The notes beneath the pieces were generated by a model that saw only the letters and a program-made list of their open reading frames with translations, had not been told where the DNA came from and did no database searches. DNA of 64,000 nucleotides from Cyanidioschyzon merolae. Lineage: Eukaryota. Position 1 is the first letter of the stretch. Each line of letters starts with the position of its first letter. A program made the translations under genes and the position numbers. Below, piece after piece: positions 25,716-36,289 of the stretch. Location: NCBI GenBank assembly GCA_000091205.1, contig AP006497.2; one strand, 5' to 3'.

Positions 25716-26531
25716 ATGAGCTTGTTCTCAACGCCTGCTCAAGTCAGTTCTTATGAAATAATTGAGTCATATCCACACGACCCGAGTGCGTTCACGCAAG
25801 GCCTCGTCTACGCTGAGGCGCCGATTCATTCCCCAGACGAGGCCGAGTGGACGATGTTGCAAACCTCGACTGAGGTCTTTTACGAGTCCACCGGTCTTGT
25901 GGGGGAATCTTCACTGCGCTGCGTTCACAAGTTATCAGGGAAAGTCCTAAAATGTGTGCAGGTCCCGGCACCGCATTTCGCTGAGGGCCTCGCGCTCGTT
26001 CCACGACCCACTCGGATGCTGTTCCAGCTCACGTGGCTGACCCGCACAGCCTTCCTCTACGACGGTGTATCGCTGAAACAGGTGCGGGAAATACCGTACG
26101 ATCTCGAAGGCTGGGGAGCAACCTATGATTCCAATCGCCATTGCATCTACACGAGTAATGGAACCGACCGAATCCATATCGTGGACGCAGACACCTTCGA
26201 GATCCTGGACCAAGTTCGGGTCCGTTCGAGTCCGTACAAGTTCTCGCGCTCTTGCCCGACATTGTGGTACCTGAACGATCTCGAAATGATTCCCGATACT
26301 GACGAGCTCTGGTGCAACGTTTTCTTCAGTGACTATGTTGCGGTTGTGGATCCAGCGTCATGGGAACTGAAACGATGGATTGACCTGCGCGGTTTACTCT
26401 TACCCGAGCATTGCCTGCCTTGCCATGAAGTGGATGTCTTGAATGGACTGGCCTGGGACAGAAATCGGCAACTGATGTACGTGACCGGGAAACGCTGGCC
26501 GCGAATGTATGCCATTCGAGAACGCCCATAG
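25716..26531 (+). CDS. Plant/bacterial-type glutaminyl-peptide cyclotransferase (beta-propeller QC), paralog 1; ORF track extends upstream to 25404 without recognisable signal peptide
   Basis: YEIIESYPHDPSAFTQGL, the hallmark N-terminal motif of plant-type QCs, followed by propeller blades (YESTGLVGESSL..., WGATYD..., IHIVDADTFE..., LNGLAWD...MYVTGKRW). Start assigned to the first in-frame ATG before the conserved domain, at 25716. Confidence 0.7.
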   Translation: MSLFSTPAQVSSYEIIESYPHDPSAFTQGLVYAEAPIHSPDEAEWTMLQTSTEVFYESTGLVGESSLRCVHKLSGKVLKCVQVPAPHFAEGLALVPRPTRMLFQLTWLTRTAFLYDGVSLKQVREIPYDLEGWGATYDSNRHCIYTSNGTDRIHIVDADTFEILDQVRVRSSPYKFSRSCPTLWYLNDLEMIPDTDELWCNVFFSDYVAVVDPASWELKRWIDLRGLLLPEHCLPCHEVDVLNGLAWDRNRQLMYVTGKRWPRMYAIRERP

Positions 26532-27954
26532 CCAGCAGCGTGATATAGGCTCTAGCGCCCACCAGGTCGGAACCGGCAGTAACTAGAATCCCCAGTACCT
26601 CTCTGGTGCTGAAGAGCGATAATCCGATTCCGGTACCGGGGGCGATCAGAGCGCAGCATTTGCTGCTGCCCGAGTCGAGGATCTCCTGCAGCAGCGCATG
26701 CGGCACCAAACCTGTTCACAGCGAAATGCATGCAGTATTTATGGGAAGGTAACCCCGCGCTCCGATTCCATCGGATATCACGAATTACTGCAAGCTATGG
26801 TGAAAACAGCTTGCGGTAAGGGAACGTCACGTACGGCGTTTGAATATCGGCATGATGTACAGGCTGAGTCATCGCATGGTGCACCAGGCGTGCTTTTTTC
26901 CGCACTGGTCGTGACGTCATTCATTGGCGCCGTGTGCATGGCAATGCATGCGTACACACAGGCGCGCATTTTCTATATACATAGACTCGAATGCGACACA
27001 TGCGTTCACTACTGATCGCTGTATACAGCGAGCACCAGCAGCAGCACTGGACTTGAGAGCGCCTAAAAAGAATAGAGACTAATCGCTAACTAGCTGCAAC
27101 TGTGCCGGAAGTACAAATACTAACAATTAAGTAGCTACTCGATAACAATTCCGTGCCACCTTCACGGTAAGCTTTGAAAAGGGAGCATTATCCCGTAATT
27201 TCGAAAGTTTACCTCATAGGCGGAGAGTCCCACCAGCCGGACGAATATGTCGGACCTGCGCTCCCTGCTGCTCCCAGACCCGAGTGCTGTGGCAAGACCT
27301 GTACAGATCGTCCATCACGCATTTCATTCACGGACTAGGAATGGGTAGGTTGCATCCAAGTGTCGCCCTGGTCGCTGTCGGCTTGTGGTATAGCGCTTCG
27401 CGTTGCCGCTGGCAGTAGGTCTGTCTGAGTAGCTTGCATGCACCCAGCATGATTATGGATCCCGATCCCGCACCATGCAAACTACACCTCCAGCCGATGC
27501 CCTCATCGATACCGTAAAGCGGTTCTGTCGCCCTAACGCATCTTCCCCAGCGGTATACGCGCTATTGCAGGTGCAGCAAGGCAGGCACTCGGCGCACGCT
27601 AGAACCTACGGAACGACAAGCGTATCCGAAAGGAACTCGCCGAAATGGAACGTGAATGCATGATGCATCATGATGGACGAGTTTCCGATTACCAATATCC
27701 ATCCCACAAACTGACATCCATGTACAAGTAAACGTTCTGACGAATGAGAAACATAGTCTTGAAAATGCTCCTCGACGGCGCCTGTGTCCAGATGATTCCC
27801 GCCAGGAGTGCGCAGCGCCGCAGGCGATCGTGATCCATCCTGCCTTGGACCATGGTATTCACTTTCCGCAGGCGGGGTAGTGTGTGCACAGTTTCAGGAG
27901 AGGCTGACGCACGTAGACGTTGTTTAGGGGAACTTTTGGCCGCGTTTAGGCCCT

Positions 27955-29781
27955 ATGTTAAGGTATGACGTCCATAGATTTGATAGGATAGTGATTGCGA
28001 GGACGTCGGTGGCGCCCGCCGGCTTCGTGGAGGCAGTGACGACGCTGCTTCCGTCGCTGACGAGCAGAATCAGCTGCGTTGGAGCGCACGCCACTCTCGC
28101 GGGTAGGGACGCAGTCGGTTCACGCACGTTGGTGAAGCTATGCAGGCGACCGCTTTACGTATCTGCAAAAAGAGTGGATTGCGCGCGGAGCTTGACGCTG
28201 CACCTCCAGGAGTTTTCCGATGCTGAAGCGGAGGAAGTGCGCGGACCTGTTTCAAGAACGAACAAACGCAGTGCAACTGTGGCGAAAACACCTCAGCATG
28301 CAAATGAACGGGCCCTAATCAATCCGGTGGAGACCAGTTCCGCACCCGTAGAGGCCGGAACTGGGAAACGTGCGCTCAAGTCGCTGCAGGCGTTGTCGCT
28401 GTGGGAGTATCTGTGGCCGCGTGGACTTTTAGTGCTCGTTGCGGCCATCTGGGGCACGAATTTTGCAACTGTAAAATTCATCGGGGACGCGGACTCTTTG
28501 GATGTGTCCGCTGGCGCCTTTGTTCGGTTTGGTATTGCGGCAATCGCGATGGCACCGTTCACCTGGAGGGCCGTTCAGCGCCTCCTTGACGACAAAACTC
28601 CGACCTCGGAGCACGGATCGGATGCAAACGCCGCTCCGCAACCTGAGGTAGCGGGAACGGAAGACCCGTCAGCAACTGTAGAGCAGCGTTTACGCAAACG
28701 TACCTCTGAATTTCTGTTCGGTGTACTCGGTCTTGGGACTGTCGTGTTCACCGGCTATTTTACGCAAGCAATTGGTTTACTCGGCACAGATGCCAACAAG
28801 TCAGCATTTCTGTGCTCACTGACCGTCGTCTTGGTTCCGTTCATGGAAAGAACTTTCCTGGGCAAACGCATCGAGCCGCGGGCGTGGATGTCCGCGTTCT
28901 TGGCCACGATTGGTGTAGGGCTCCTTGAGCTCGATGGCTCTGCGTCTGTGTCGCTCAGCGATTTGTGGTCGTTTTTGCAGGCGGTATGCTTCGGTGCAGG
29001 CTTCATGATTGTCGAAAAGCTCACCCGGAGGTTCCCAGGACACCCATTGGAGATTGCCGCCCTGAACCTGACAATCGTAGCGGTTTACAGTGGCCTATGG
29101 TGTCTGAGCGCAGCTTTCGTGTCCGGGACCACCATGCAAGACCTCTTACAAAGTCTGGCACAGATCCTGATAGATCACGGCTCTGGAGTGGCGGGAGCGC
29201 TCCTCTATACTGGTCTGGTTACAACCGCGCTTGCGGTCATGATGCAGACAGTTGCGATTAGCAAAGTCAGCGCCGAGGAAGCGGCGGTCATTTTTTGTTT
29301 GGAGCCCCTCTTTGCGGTAGCGTTCTCAGCAGCACTACTTGGAGAGAGTATGTCCATGAAAGGCGCGTCCGGCGGTGCGCTCATATTGCTTGCGGTACTC
29401 TGCAACCAGGCGCTGAACCCAGAGATGCGCTCGCGGTTAGGTTTGCAGCGATCGCGTACCAGAAATATTCGCGCGATAGAGGGACACACGAGGACCCTTG
29501 CCCCATCGGATCGTACTCCATCGGTAATCGCGCCGATGAAACCGCGAATGGTTTCCCCAGCTACACCAGAGCAGTTCGTGAACGGTACCGCGCCTGAGTC
29601 CGCTTCGTCCAGTAGTACACATCTGGAGAAGCCGCAGCAGCCTCGAACTCGCCCACGCCCGTCAATCTTGCCGAATGAGATCACCTTCATCGCGTCGAAA
29701 GACAAAAATAGTGCGTCTACCGCATCGCAAGCAGAGGACACGCGATCCGACGAGTCGGAAATGGCGAGTGTCCACAGCTAA
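27955..29781 (+). CDS. EamA-domain (drug/metabolite transporter, DMT superfamily) membrane protein with long N- and C-terminal extensions
   Basis: Two EamA-like halves, each with 4-5 predicted TM helices (LVLVAAIWGTNFATVKFIG..., FLATIGVGLLELDG..., ALLYTGLVTTALAVMMQ...). The roughly 150-aa N-terminal extension could be a transit peptide; the start is uncertain. Confidence 0.6.
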   Translation: MLRYDVHRFDRIVIARTSVAPAGFVEAVTTLLPSLTSRISCVGAHATLAGRDAVGSRTLVKLCRRPLYVSAKRVDCARSLTLHLQEFSDAEAEEVRGPVSRTNKRSATVAKTPQHANERALINPVETSSAPVEAGTGKRALKSLQALSLWEYLWPRGLLVLVAAIWGTNFATVKFIGDADSLDVSAGAFVRFGIAAIAMAPFTWRAVQRLLDDKTPTSEHGSDANAAPQPEVAGTEDPSATVEQRLRKRTSEFLFGVLGLGTVVFTGYFTQAIGLLGTDANKSAFLCSLTVVLVPFMERTFLGKRIEPRAWMSAFLATIGVGLLELDGSASVSLSDLWSFLQAVCFGAGFMIVEKLTRRFPGHPLEIAALNLTIVAVYSGLWCLSAAFVSGTTMQDLLQSLAQILIDHGSGVAGALLYTGLVTTALAVMMQTVAISKVSAEEAAVIFCLEPLFAVAFSAALLGESMSMKGASGGALILLAVLCNQALNPEMRSRLGLQRSRTRNIRAIEGHTRTLAPSDRTPSVIAPMKPRMVSPATPEQFVNGTAPESASSSSTHLEKPQQPRTRPRPSILPNEITFIASKDKNSASTASQAEDTRSDESEMASVHS

Positions 29782-30229
29782 ACACGGCAGCATGAAATTT
29801 TCGGATTCAACTAAAATGTTCTTTTGTATTCAAGGGGGCAATGCGCTACGCTGTGTCCGATATGTAACCACGGAATGACGGATGATGCTGAATTGCTGCA
29901 TCTGATTGGATGTCACCGGAAAGGCAATTGCTGCTGACGACCACGGAGGATGCGTCGTTTCCTGCAAATACGACGATATTGATGGATGGTATCACAATGG
30001 GATAGCGTTTGGCGAAGCTGGGGACGCAGCGAGTCCTTTCTGATCCCAAGTCGCCGTGAATCCGGCGGTGCGTTCCTCGTAACCCGGTGATATGCTGCTT
30101 GTCGAAGTCTTGCGATTCAATTGGTAATACCTCTGTTGCGTCTGGTAGAATGCTTTTCGGCAGTGCCGAACATGAGATCGAAATCCCCATGAAATATACC
30201 GTATAGATCGCAGACGAATTGCCTGTAGG

Positions 30230-31035
30230 ATGTACGTTCCTTACTGAACAGTGCACAGAGTACTGCATTCCGTATTCAGGTCCGTCGTACCACAGAACTC
30301 AGATGGTTGAGGAACACGGAAAAAAAGAAGGATACGCGTTCCGCGTCAGCAACCGATATTCTAAAAGACTGCTTGCGGTCAATGGTGGTGGACGACCCAT
30401 TGATCACCGTACGAAAAGCAGAAAGCGACGATAGTTGCTATCGCGGGCGTATCTGAATCTCGCCAGCTTGTCGCTGTGCTCCTGAAAACACTGAGATGCG
30501 GTCGTAAAAAAGAATCCTAGTTCATGCACGATCAACTTCTGCTGAAATCGCAACTACGACACAGTCCCTGCAAGGTTACGATCGATATGAAGCACAGGGA
30601 CGTCGGTTCCTTTTTGCAGTCGACGAGACCTGCATCGAACGAAACCGTCGGCGCGTATATGGGTATTCGCAGCTAGGGAGCCCGTTGCGTATACGGATGA
30701 AGTCGAAGAGAACGAGGATATCATCTGTTCGATCTGCAGTGGATATATTTGGCGGCCTCAGACGCTTTCACGGAGAAGGCTCACGCAACGGCACCAACCA
30801 TTATGTCGAATCCTTGAGGACTTTTCCCTTGACGCCCAGCAACGCCCCTCTACTGGACAACGTGGCATTTCACCATTCTCTTTGGCTTCGAGCTTTTGCC
30901 GATTCCCGCGGGGCAGATCAGCTTTTCATTCCTCCGTACGCTCCGTGGCTCAACCGCATCGACGGAGTGTTTTCTATCGTGAAACGTAATGATCACTTTA
31001 CAGAGCGCATTGATGAATCCTTCAGGACACGGTGA
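30230..31035 (+). mobile_element. Tc1/mariner(IS630)-like DDE transposase remnant (frameshifted)
   Basis: HTH region (SKRLLAVNGGGRPIDHRT, homologous to 5442 LAVNGRKRPLDH), first catalytic region VDETCIERNRRRVYGY, third catalytic region and DDE_3 tail LLDNVAFHHS...LFIPPYAPWLNRIDGVFSIVKRN. Spread over at least 3 frames. Confidence 0.6.
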
Positions 31036-31136
31036 CACACCAGGGCACAGTACCTCGTTCGTCCACGTGTGCTTCTGCCTCCGGGACGCCCCACTCCCTG
31101 GGTCATATTGAAGTGCTTTCATCAAAGGAAATAGAA

Positions 31137-31623
31137 CATCTATGGGACAGGTATGGACATGGAATTCGGGAATCCTGGAGGCTCGGTCTAGCCGGGTGTC
31201 GGAAGAGAAACGGAAACATCCTCTTCTCGCCAACCAGCAAGCGAAGAAGAGCAAGTCGTGAAGAAGAAGAAGAAGACGAGGAAAAGCGGAGATAGGCGAG
31301 GAAAGTTGGTTGTCCGATGTGACGATGACGGGACTGTAGTGGCGCAGAAGGCGCAAGTTCTAGGAATCCTTGCATTGGTACGTTCCACCAACGGTATTGC
31401 AAGCATGGCGTTCGTAAACAAAGCCTTTAACGCTGCTATCAATATCAGACGATGTGCGGTGCTGAAGACGAGACCCGCGGAGCTTACGCGATCTAAATTT
31501 GTATGGCAGCCGCTAAGGCTCGAAGTGTGCAGGGATAAACCGAAACCGATAGCAGGTGGCAGGTCAAAATACGCTGGGAGGCGTCTACACGTCGGTGTAG
31601 ATACAGACACGCTATCGTCGTGA
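31137..31623 (+). mobile_element. Internally deleted (MITE-like) derivative of the Fanzor-like element: 5' about 190 bp joined to 3' RuvC-III module
   Basis: The 5' part matches the copy C 5' end ('tatggacatggaattcgggaatcctggagg', (gaa)n tract, 'gttggttgt'). It then jumps directly to the 3' module (ORF 31258..31623: ...AFVNKAFNAAINIRRCAVLKTRPAELTR...GRRLHV). It sits immediately downstream of the DDE remnant at 30230..31035. Confidence 0.55.
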
Positions 31624-31897
31624 AGCTTTTCAGGTTTCATCGATAAGGCATGGACATGCTCGTTGGTGGCAGGGAAAACCTCGCGAGACTTGCCGTGCGC
31701 ATGCTGGTGCGATCCGCTACTGCATGCGCCAGCAAGCACTTTATGAGCGCACTCACGGTCATGAGATCACGGAAGACCAGGATCCGCTACGACACGCGCC
31801 AGCAAGCACTTTAGAAGCGCACTCGCGCCCATGACAGGCCGTCATAGATCCGATTTCGACACCACTGGCGAGATTTCACGGGAATCGCCCAACTGGC

Positions 31898-32797
31898 TCA
31901 GGACTCGATGATCATCGTATCCGTGGATGCGGCACCAGTATCCACCGTGGATGCCGTCGTTGGTGCCGTCTGTGCTCGGAAGCCCATGTACTCTGCGTAC
32001 TTGGTTATGCCAGAATCATCATGGGACAAGTTGACCCAGCCATCGGCTTTGACATGATAAACGTTAATGTAGCCGCCGCTGTAAGCATCTCGGTGGGTTG
32101 CGTGGAAGATAGCGCGTCGGCCGAGCTCCGCAGCCTCAGCTGCATCCATGTCCCAGCGATAGAACTGGTCCAGAACTCCGTAAGCAAATGTTGAACCTGA
32201 CCCGACTGAGAATCGTGTCCCCCGTAAACGAACACCATCGCTATCGACGTAGAAAAGCTGCGGGCCGGTTTTATCCCAGCCCGCAATCATCGTGCCCATG
32301 GACAATCCCATGCCCTTGTATTCGTAAACGATATTGGCAAGAAGCTTGGATGCAGCGGCGACTGAGATCCGTTCCCGGTGCTGCAACTCGTGTAGACGAC
32401 ATCGCATTCCGAGATAGCGCTCCCAGAATGAGCAGTCGGCCGCGCCGCCCGCCATGGTGCCCAACAGATATGGATTGATCTCGATGATTTTCTTCACGGT
32501 ACCAGATCCAATGTATTGGCCCATAGACGCTCTCGAGTCGACGGCCACAATAATCCCATCGCGGAAGACAAACGCTAAAGTGGTTGTCCCGTGCAAAAAC
32601 TTCACCAAGGAGCTGTTCTGTTCGTCCCGTAGAACGTCCCGCAACCTCGGTGCGATGCTTGCTCCGCGAGGAACTCGAACTCGCCCAAGACTCAGGTCCA
32701 TGGGTGCAGCGGTGTTGTCACCGTCCGAGCTGGGGCATATGTCGCTCCCGCTGCACAACGAAAACGTCCGATCTAAAAACTCCAGCGGTGCGTACAT
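31898..32797 (-). CDS. PSMB5: 20S proteasome subunit beta type-5 (chymotrypsin-like, PRE2/PSMB5) with propeptide
   Basis: Propeptide junction LHGTTTLAF (mature N-terminus Thr follows Gly), then conserved beta-5 core ([48 protein letters not shown]). Confidence 0.9.
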   Translation of the reverse strand: MYAPLEFLDRTFSLCSGSDICPSSDGDNTAAPMDLSLGRVRVPRGASIAPRLRDVLRDEQNSSLVKFLHGTTTLAFVFRDGIIVAVDSRASMGQYIGSGTVKKIIEINPYLLGTMAGGAADCSFWERYLGMRCRLHELQHRERISVAAASKLLANIVYEYKGMGLSMGTMIAGWDKTGPQLFYVDSDGVRLRGTRFSVGSGSTFAYGVLDQFYRWDMDAAEAAELGRRAIFHATHRDAYSGGYINVYHVKADGWVNLSHDDSGITKYAEYMGFRAQTAPTTASTVDTGAASTDTMIIES

Positions 32798-34750
32798 GAG
32801 CGGAACAGGACGCTGAAACTTTGAGCTGTGAAGAGAACCGCGGTTTCCCTAACAAAGAACCGCCTGGTCGATGCAGAGCGCCGTTTGACCAGGAGTACAC
32901 ACAGCAAAGCCAGTCAGAGAAGGGCCTCCAGAAGCGTCCCCGTGCGACAGTAAGGCGTGCCTCAGCCCGAGAACGGACGTGCGAAGTAGCTGCAAGTCTC
33001 CCGTGCTCACTTAAAGGAAACCTTCGGTTTTGTGCGTGGCAAGTCAATGGCCAAGCTGCTGAAGAACGAAGCAATCCTAACGGTGCGAGAACGTTGAACT
33101 GAGCCAGCCGCTCACGTCCACGCGAGAAACGCCTCGAGCCCGCGCAATACGCCTGAAACGTCGTGCCCGGCTTGCGGTTCAGCGCAGAAGCGCTGTCCAT
33201 ATTGGACCATTTTTGTACATAACTGCGCTTCAGCGTCGCTACACCCTTACCTGGAACACGGAACCGCTCGATATGTTTCTGAATTTTGATGTATTCGAAC
33301 TTTTTAGATGTGCAACATCGACATTCAAACTGCATCCGTGCGAGATTACGGATTCGTAGATACTTGTAAGGTGCTCGATCTTCTGCTGGGGTCGCTCTTT
33401 CGAATCGTCTCCGCGGGAATTCGTAATGTCTCTGAAATCAAGATGATTCGCAGAGTTATTGAACACGAGTTGGTAAAATAACTGATACAGGTATCCCATG
33501 CAAATGAACAAGTGCCATACCTTTTCCGTCCTTACTTGTACAACGCTCAAAACACGCATACACTCCGAGCTGTCTACATATCTGCATCAACGGAAATTTT
33601 GGACTCGACACTTTTCGCAGCTTGATTGACGAGGAATCATACTCCACTTTTTCGCATGAAGACTTTTCAAAAATTCATGCATAGAGTTCAATGAACTTGG
33701 CAAGTCGAGTATTCCATGCGGTCCAATAGACATATTCTGCTCTCCTAGTGGCTATCGAAGAGACGCCATTCCACGATAGCATCATGATCGGTCTCATCGG
33801 GCACCATCCTTGAGGCTCCCTGTCCTTTCTGTTTGTATGGGAAAGGATCTTGGACTCGGACCTCAGTCATTCCAGGCATCGCGTCCAATGGAGCATGTCT
33901 TGCCAGCTTGCATGAATCACGCGTACACAATTGCAAAGTTCTCGACATCGCCTTCCGCCTGGATGTTCCCTCCGGTACCTGTGCCACCACGGGCAGCTCC
34001 TCGTTCGACAAATCCTCTCTCTCGTACCGGACAGCGTACGCTCGCATATGCAGCAGACGTTGCACCCACTGGATGCCTTATCCAGAAGAGATCCGCTTTC
34101 CTAGGGTACCGCACTGAGCGCGAGAACGGGGCAGCGCCTCCCAGAGAGCCCCCTGGATCTGTCAAGCGTATGTAGCAAACGGTAGAGCAAGCGTACGCAA
34201 GCTACAAGGCGGCGTTCAGAGCATGAGCTGCGGCACGCATCCGGGAACACCCGGCGAGGTCCACGTTTCACTCCTGGAAAGCGCGCACGGCTGCCGCAGA
34301 TGATGATCATCAAAATGGCAAGCGAAGTATCGTTCGCAACGACCGCCCGTGCATGGAACGCGCGACCAAAGTTCGCGAGCTGCTACATCAGAACTTTCAT
34401 GCTGCTATCCACATGCTTCGGCTGCTGACAATAGAGCTGGAGGCGCTGCGCATACCACGCGAATGAAAGACGTAGCTGGTGGAGCAAGGAAAATCAAGCC
34501 GTCAGATACCTTGCCTCCATTGACTGTTGTTGACGACAATGGCAAGAAATCCTGACTTGAACGTGTACACTCGAGTCCGTATAGTGAAGCTCTTCCATTG
34601 TGGTCTGAAAATGACAAGTGCAAGGCAGAACTGTTCGTGTGCATCGGCAGTCGTGCGTTTACCCGCTGAGGCCGCCCGCGCCCAGCGTCCAGATCCGTCG
34701 AGCGATTCGTTTCCGTTCACAGCGTCTAGGGCTTGACCTTTAACGCTGTC

Positions 34751-34780
34751 TGTATATGTGTGTGTGTGTGTGTGTGGGTG
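34751..34780. repeat. (TG)n microsatellite, about 11 units
   Basis: tgtatatgtgtgtgtgtgtgtgtgtgggtg. Confidence 0.9.
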
Positions 34781-34844
34781 CTCCTGCGTACGCTCGATAG
34801 TCGACTACACCCAAAGAAGAATTTGAAATAGCAATCAAACGCTC

Positions 34845-35687
34845 ATGTTTGTCACATGTTTACTCGTGTCCGGTTCGAGGCGTAAAGGAACCGCTAACTG
34901 TGCATTGAACTTGCACAGAGCACAAACGGCAACCTGGGCAGCCTCGCGAAGCACGCAGCAGTTGCAAGTGCAAGGTTGGCGGAAACCCGTCAAACCAGGG
35001 GCATGCCAGGTCCTAAACGCCCAGTTAACTGTCTTTCGAAATCCGAAAAGCGGAGGGCCCGGCGCTCAAGCGAGCCGCGAGCCGCCGTCATTCGCACAGG
35101 TCTTGCGTGAAATGGCGCCCACTGGAAAACTCGACGACTTTGTCGTTTACGACTCAGACGGAAAACAACACCAGTTGCTCGATGTTGTCGGGAGTTACGG
35201 ACCAGAAGATAAGGATATGAAAGCAACGTTAGTGATCTGGCCGCGGCACTTTGGCTGCGTGCTTTGTCGCCGCCTCGTGAAAGAGCTCGCCGCCCGTGAA
35301 CAAGCCTTTCGACAAGAGCGCAAGTGGCGGCTCATGGTGATAGGTTGCGGCACTCCGGAGCAAGCTGCCAAGTTCCGTACGGATGCAACGCTTGGGCCCT
35401 TACCAGCGAGCATTCCGGTATACACAGATCCGTTGCGTCGTTCGTATCTCGCACTACGTTTCCGACGCGGTATTCTGTCAACGTTCAACTTGCCTGCACT
35501 ACAGAACATCTTGGACAGTTTTCAGAAAGGCGAGCGTCAGCGCTGGGATATGATTCCTCCGGACGCGTTCCAACAGGGTGGTATTGCGCTCATTGAACGG
35601 GATACCGGGGCACTCTGGATGCTGTACCGTAGTCAGTACGCTGGCGATGCGCCCACTGCAGAGGACCTCCTGAATATAGAACTTTGA
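34845..35687 (+). CDS. Peroxiredoxin-like 2 / AhpC-TSA-like thioredoxin-fold protein (PRXL2/FAM213-type, CxxC)
   Basis: WPRHFGCVLCRRLVKEL (CxxC in PRXL2-family context), conserved GCGTPEQAAKF and IALIERDTG blocks. The hydrophobic N-terminus (MFVTCLLVSGS) could be a signal anchor, as in PRXL2A. An alternative start is at 35112 (MAPTGKL). Confidence 0.6.
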   Translation: MFVTCLLVSGSRRKGTANCALNLHRAQTATWAASRSTQQLQVQGWRKPVKPGACQVLNAQLTVFRNPKSGGPGAQASREPPSFAQVLREMAPTGKLDDFVVYDSDGKQHQLLDVVGSYGPEDKDMKATLVIWPRHFGCVLCRRLVKELAAREQAFRQERKWRLMVIGCGTPEQAAKFRTDATLGPLPASIPVYTDPLRRSYLALRFRRGILSTFNLPALQNILDSFQKGERQRWDMIPPDAFQQGGIALIERDTGALWMLYRSQYAGDAPTAEDLLNIEL

Positions 35688-36289
35688 TGCAAGCTGGGAT
35701 ATATTTTGCGCATATTCATGGAACCAAGGCTTGTCGCCTGTTCTGGCATGAAACTCTGGTGCATGATGCCGGCGCGCCAGAACGATTCACGTTTCGACGT
35801 ATGACTTGGTACCGGCCCGGACTCCCTGGCGGGCGCTACTCTTTGGTCACATGGACAGCGTGCCGGGCGAACAGAGCCATAGCAGGAGCCGAGTGTCCCT
35901 ATATGGCCGACGTGTCTGTGTTCAGATAAAACGAACCTGGGATTGTGTGACGCCCACGCAAGGTGCGAGGCACTGGCAGCGGCTGCTGCTTCGCCTTCAG
36001 GAAAGACGCCAGTCGAACAGAGCCTCGTGACCGGCGACGGCACGCGAACGTACGGTCGCAGGTTGCTGCAGCTCACACCCTCTGTTGACAGCGTTTGGCG
36101 GTCATGACGCGTGCCGTCGCAAAGCTTCAAATCGTTCGGGCAATTTTACCCAGCGAGCAGGACCCCACACAGGAGAAGCACCTGAGACATCGTTCACGTA
36201 CGGAATTGCGATCTGTTACCCACCCACGTGAAACTGCACCAGACTGTGCACCCAGACGCTGTCCGCTGCGTACCGTCGACGGGACAGCT

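Noticed and set aside
25709-25716. GTAAGT immediately upstream of the QC1 ATG as a splice donor
   Set aside because: The conserved QC domain begins immediately after, so an intron here would delete essential N-terminal residues. The out-of-frame hydrophobic ORF is more simply explained by a frameshift or by coincidence.
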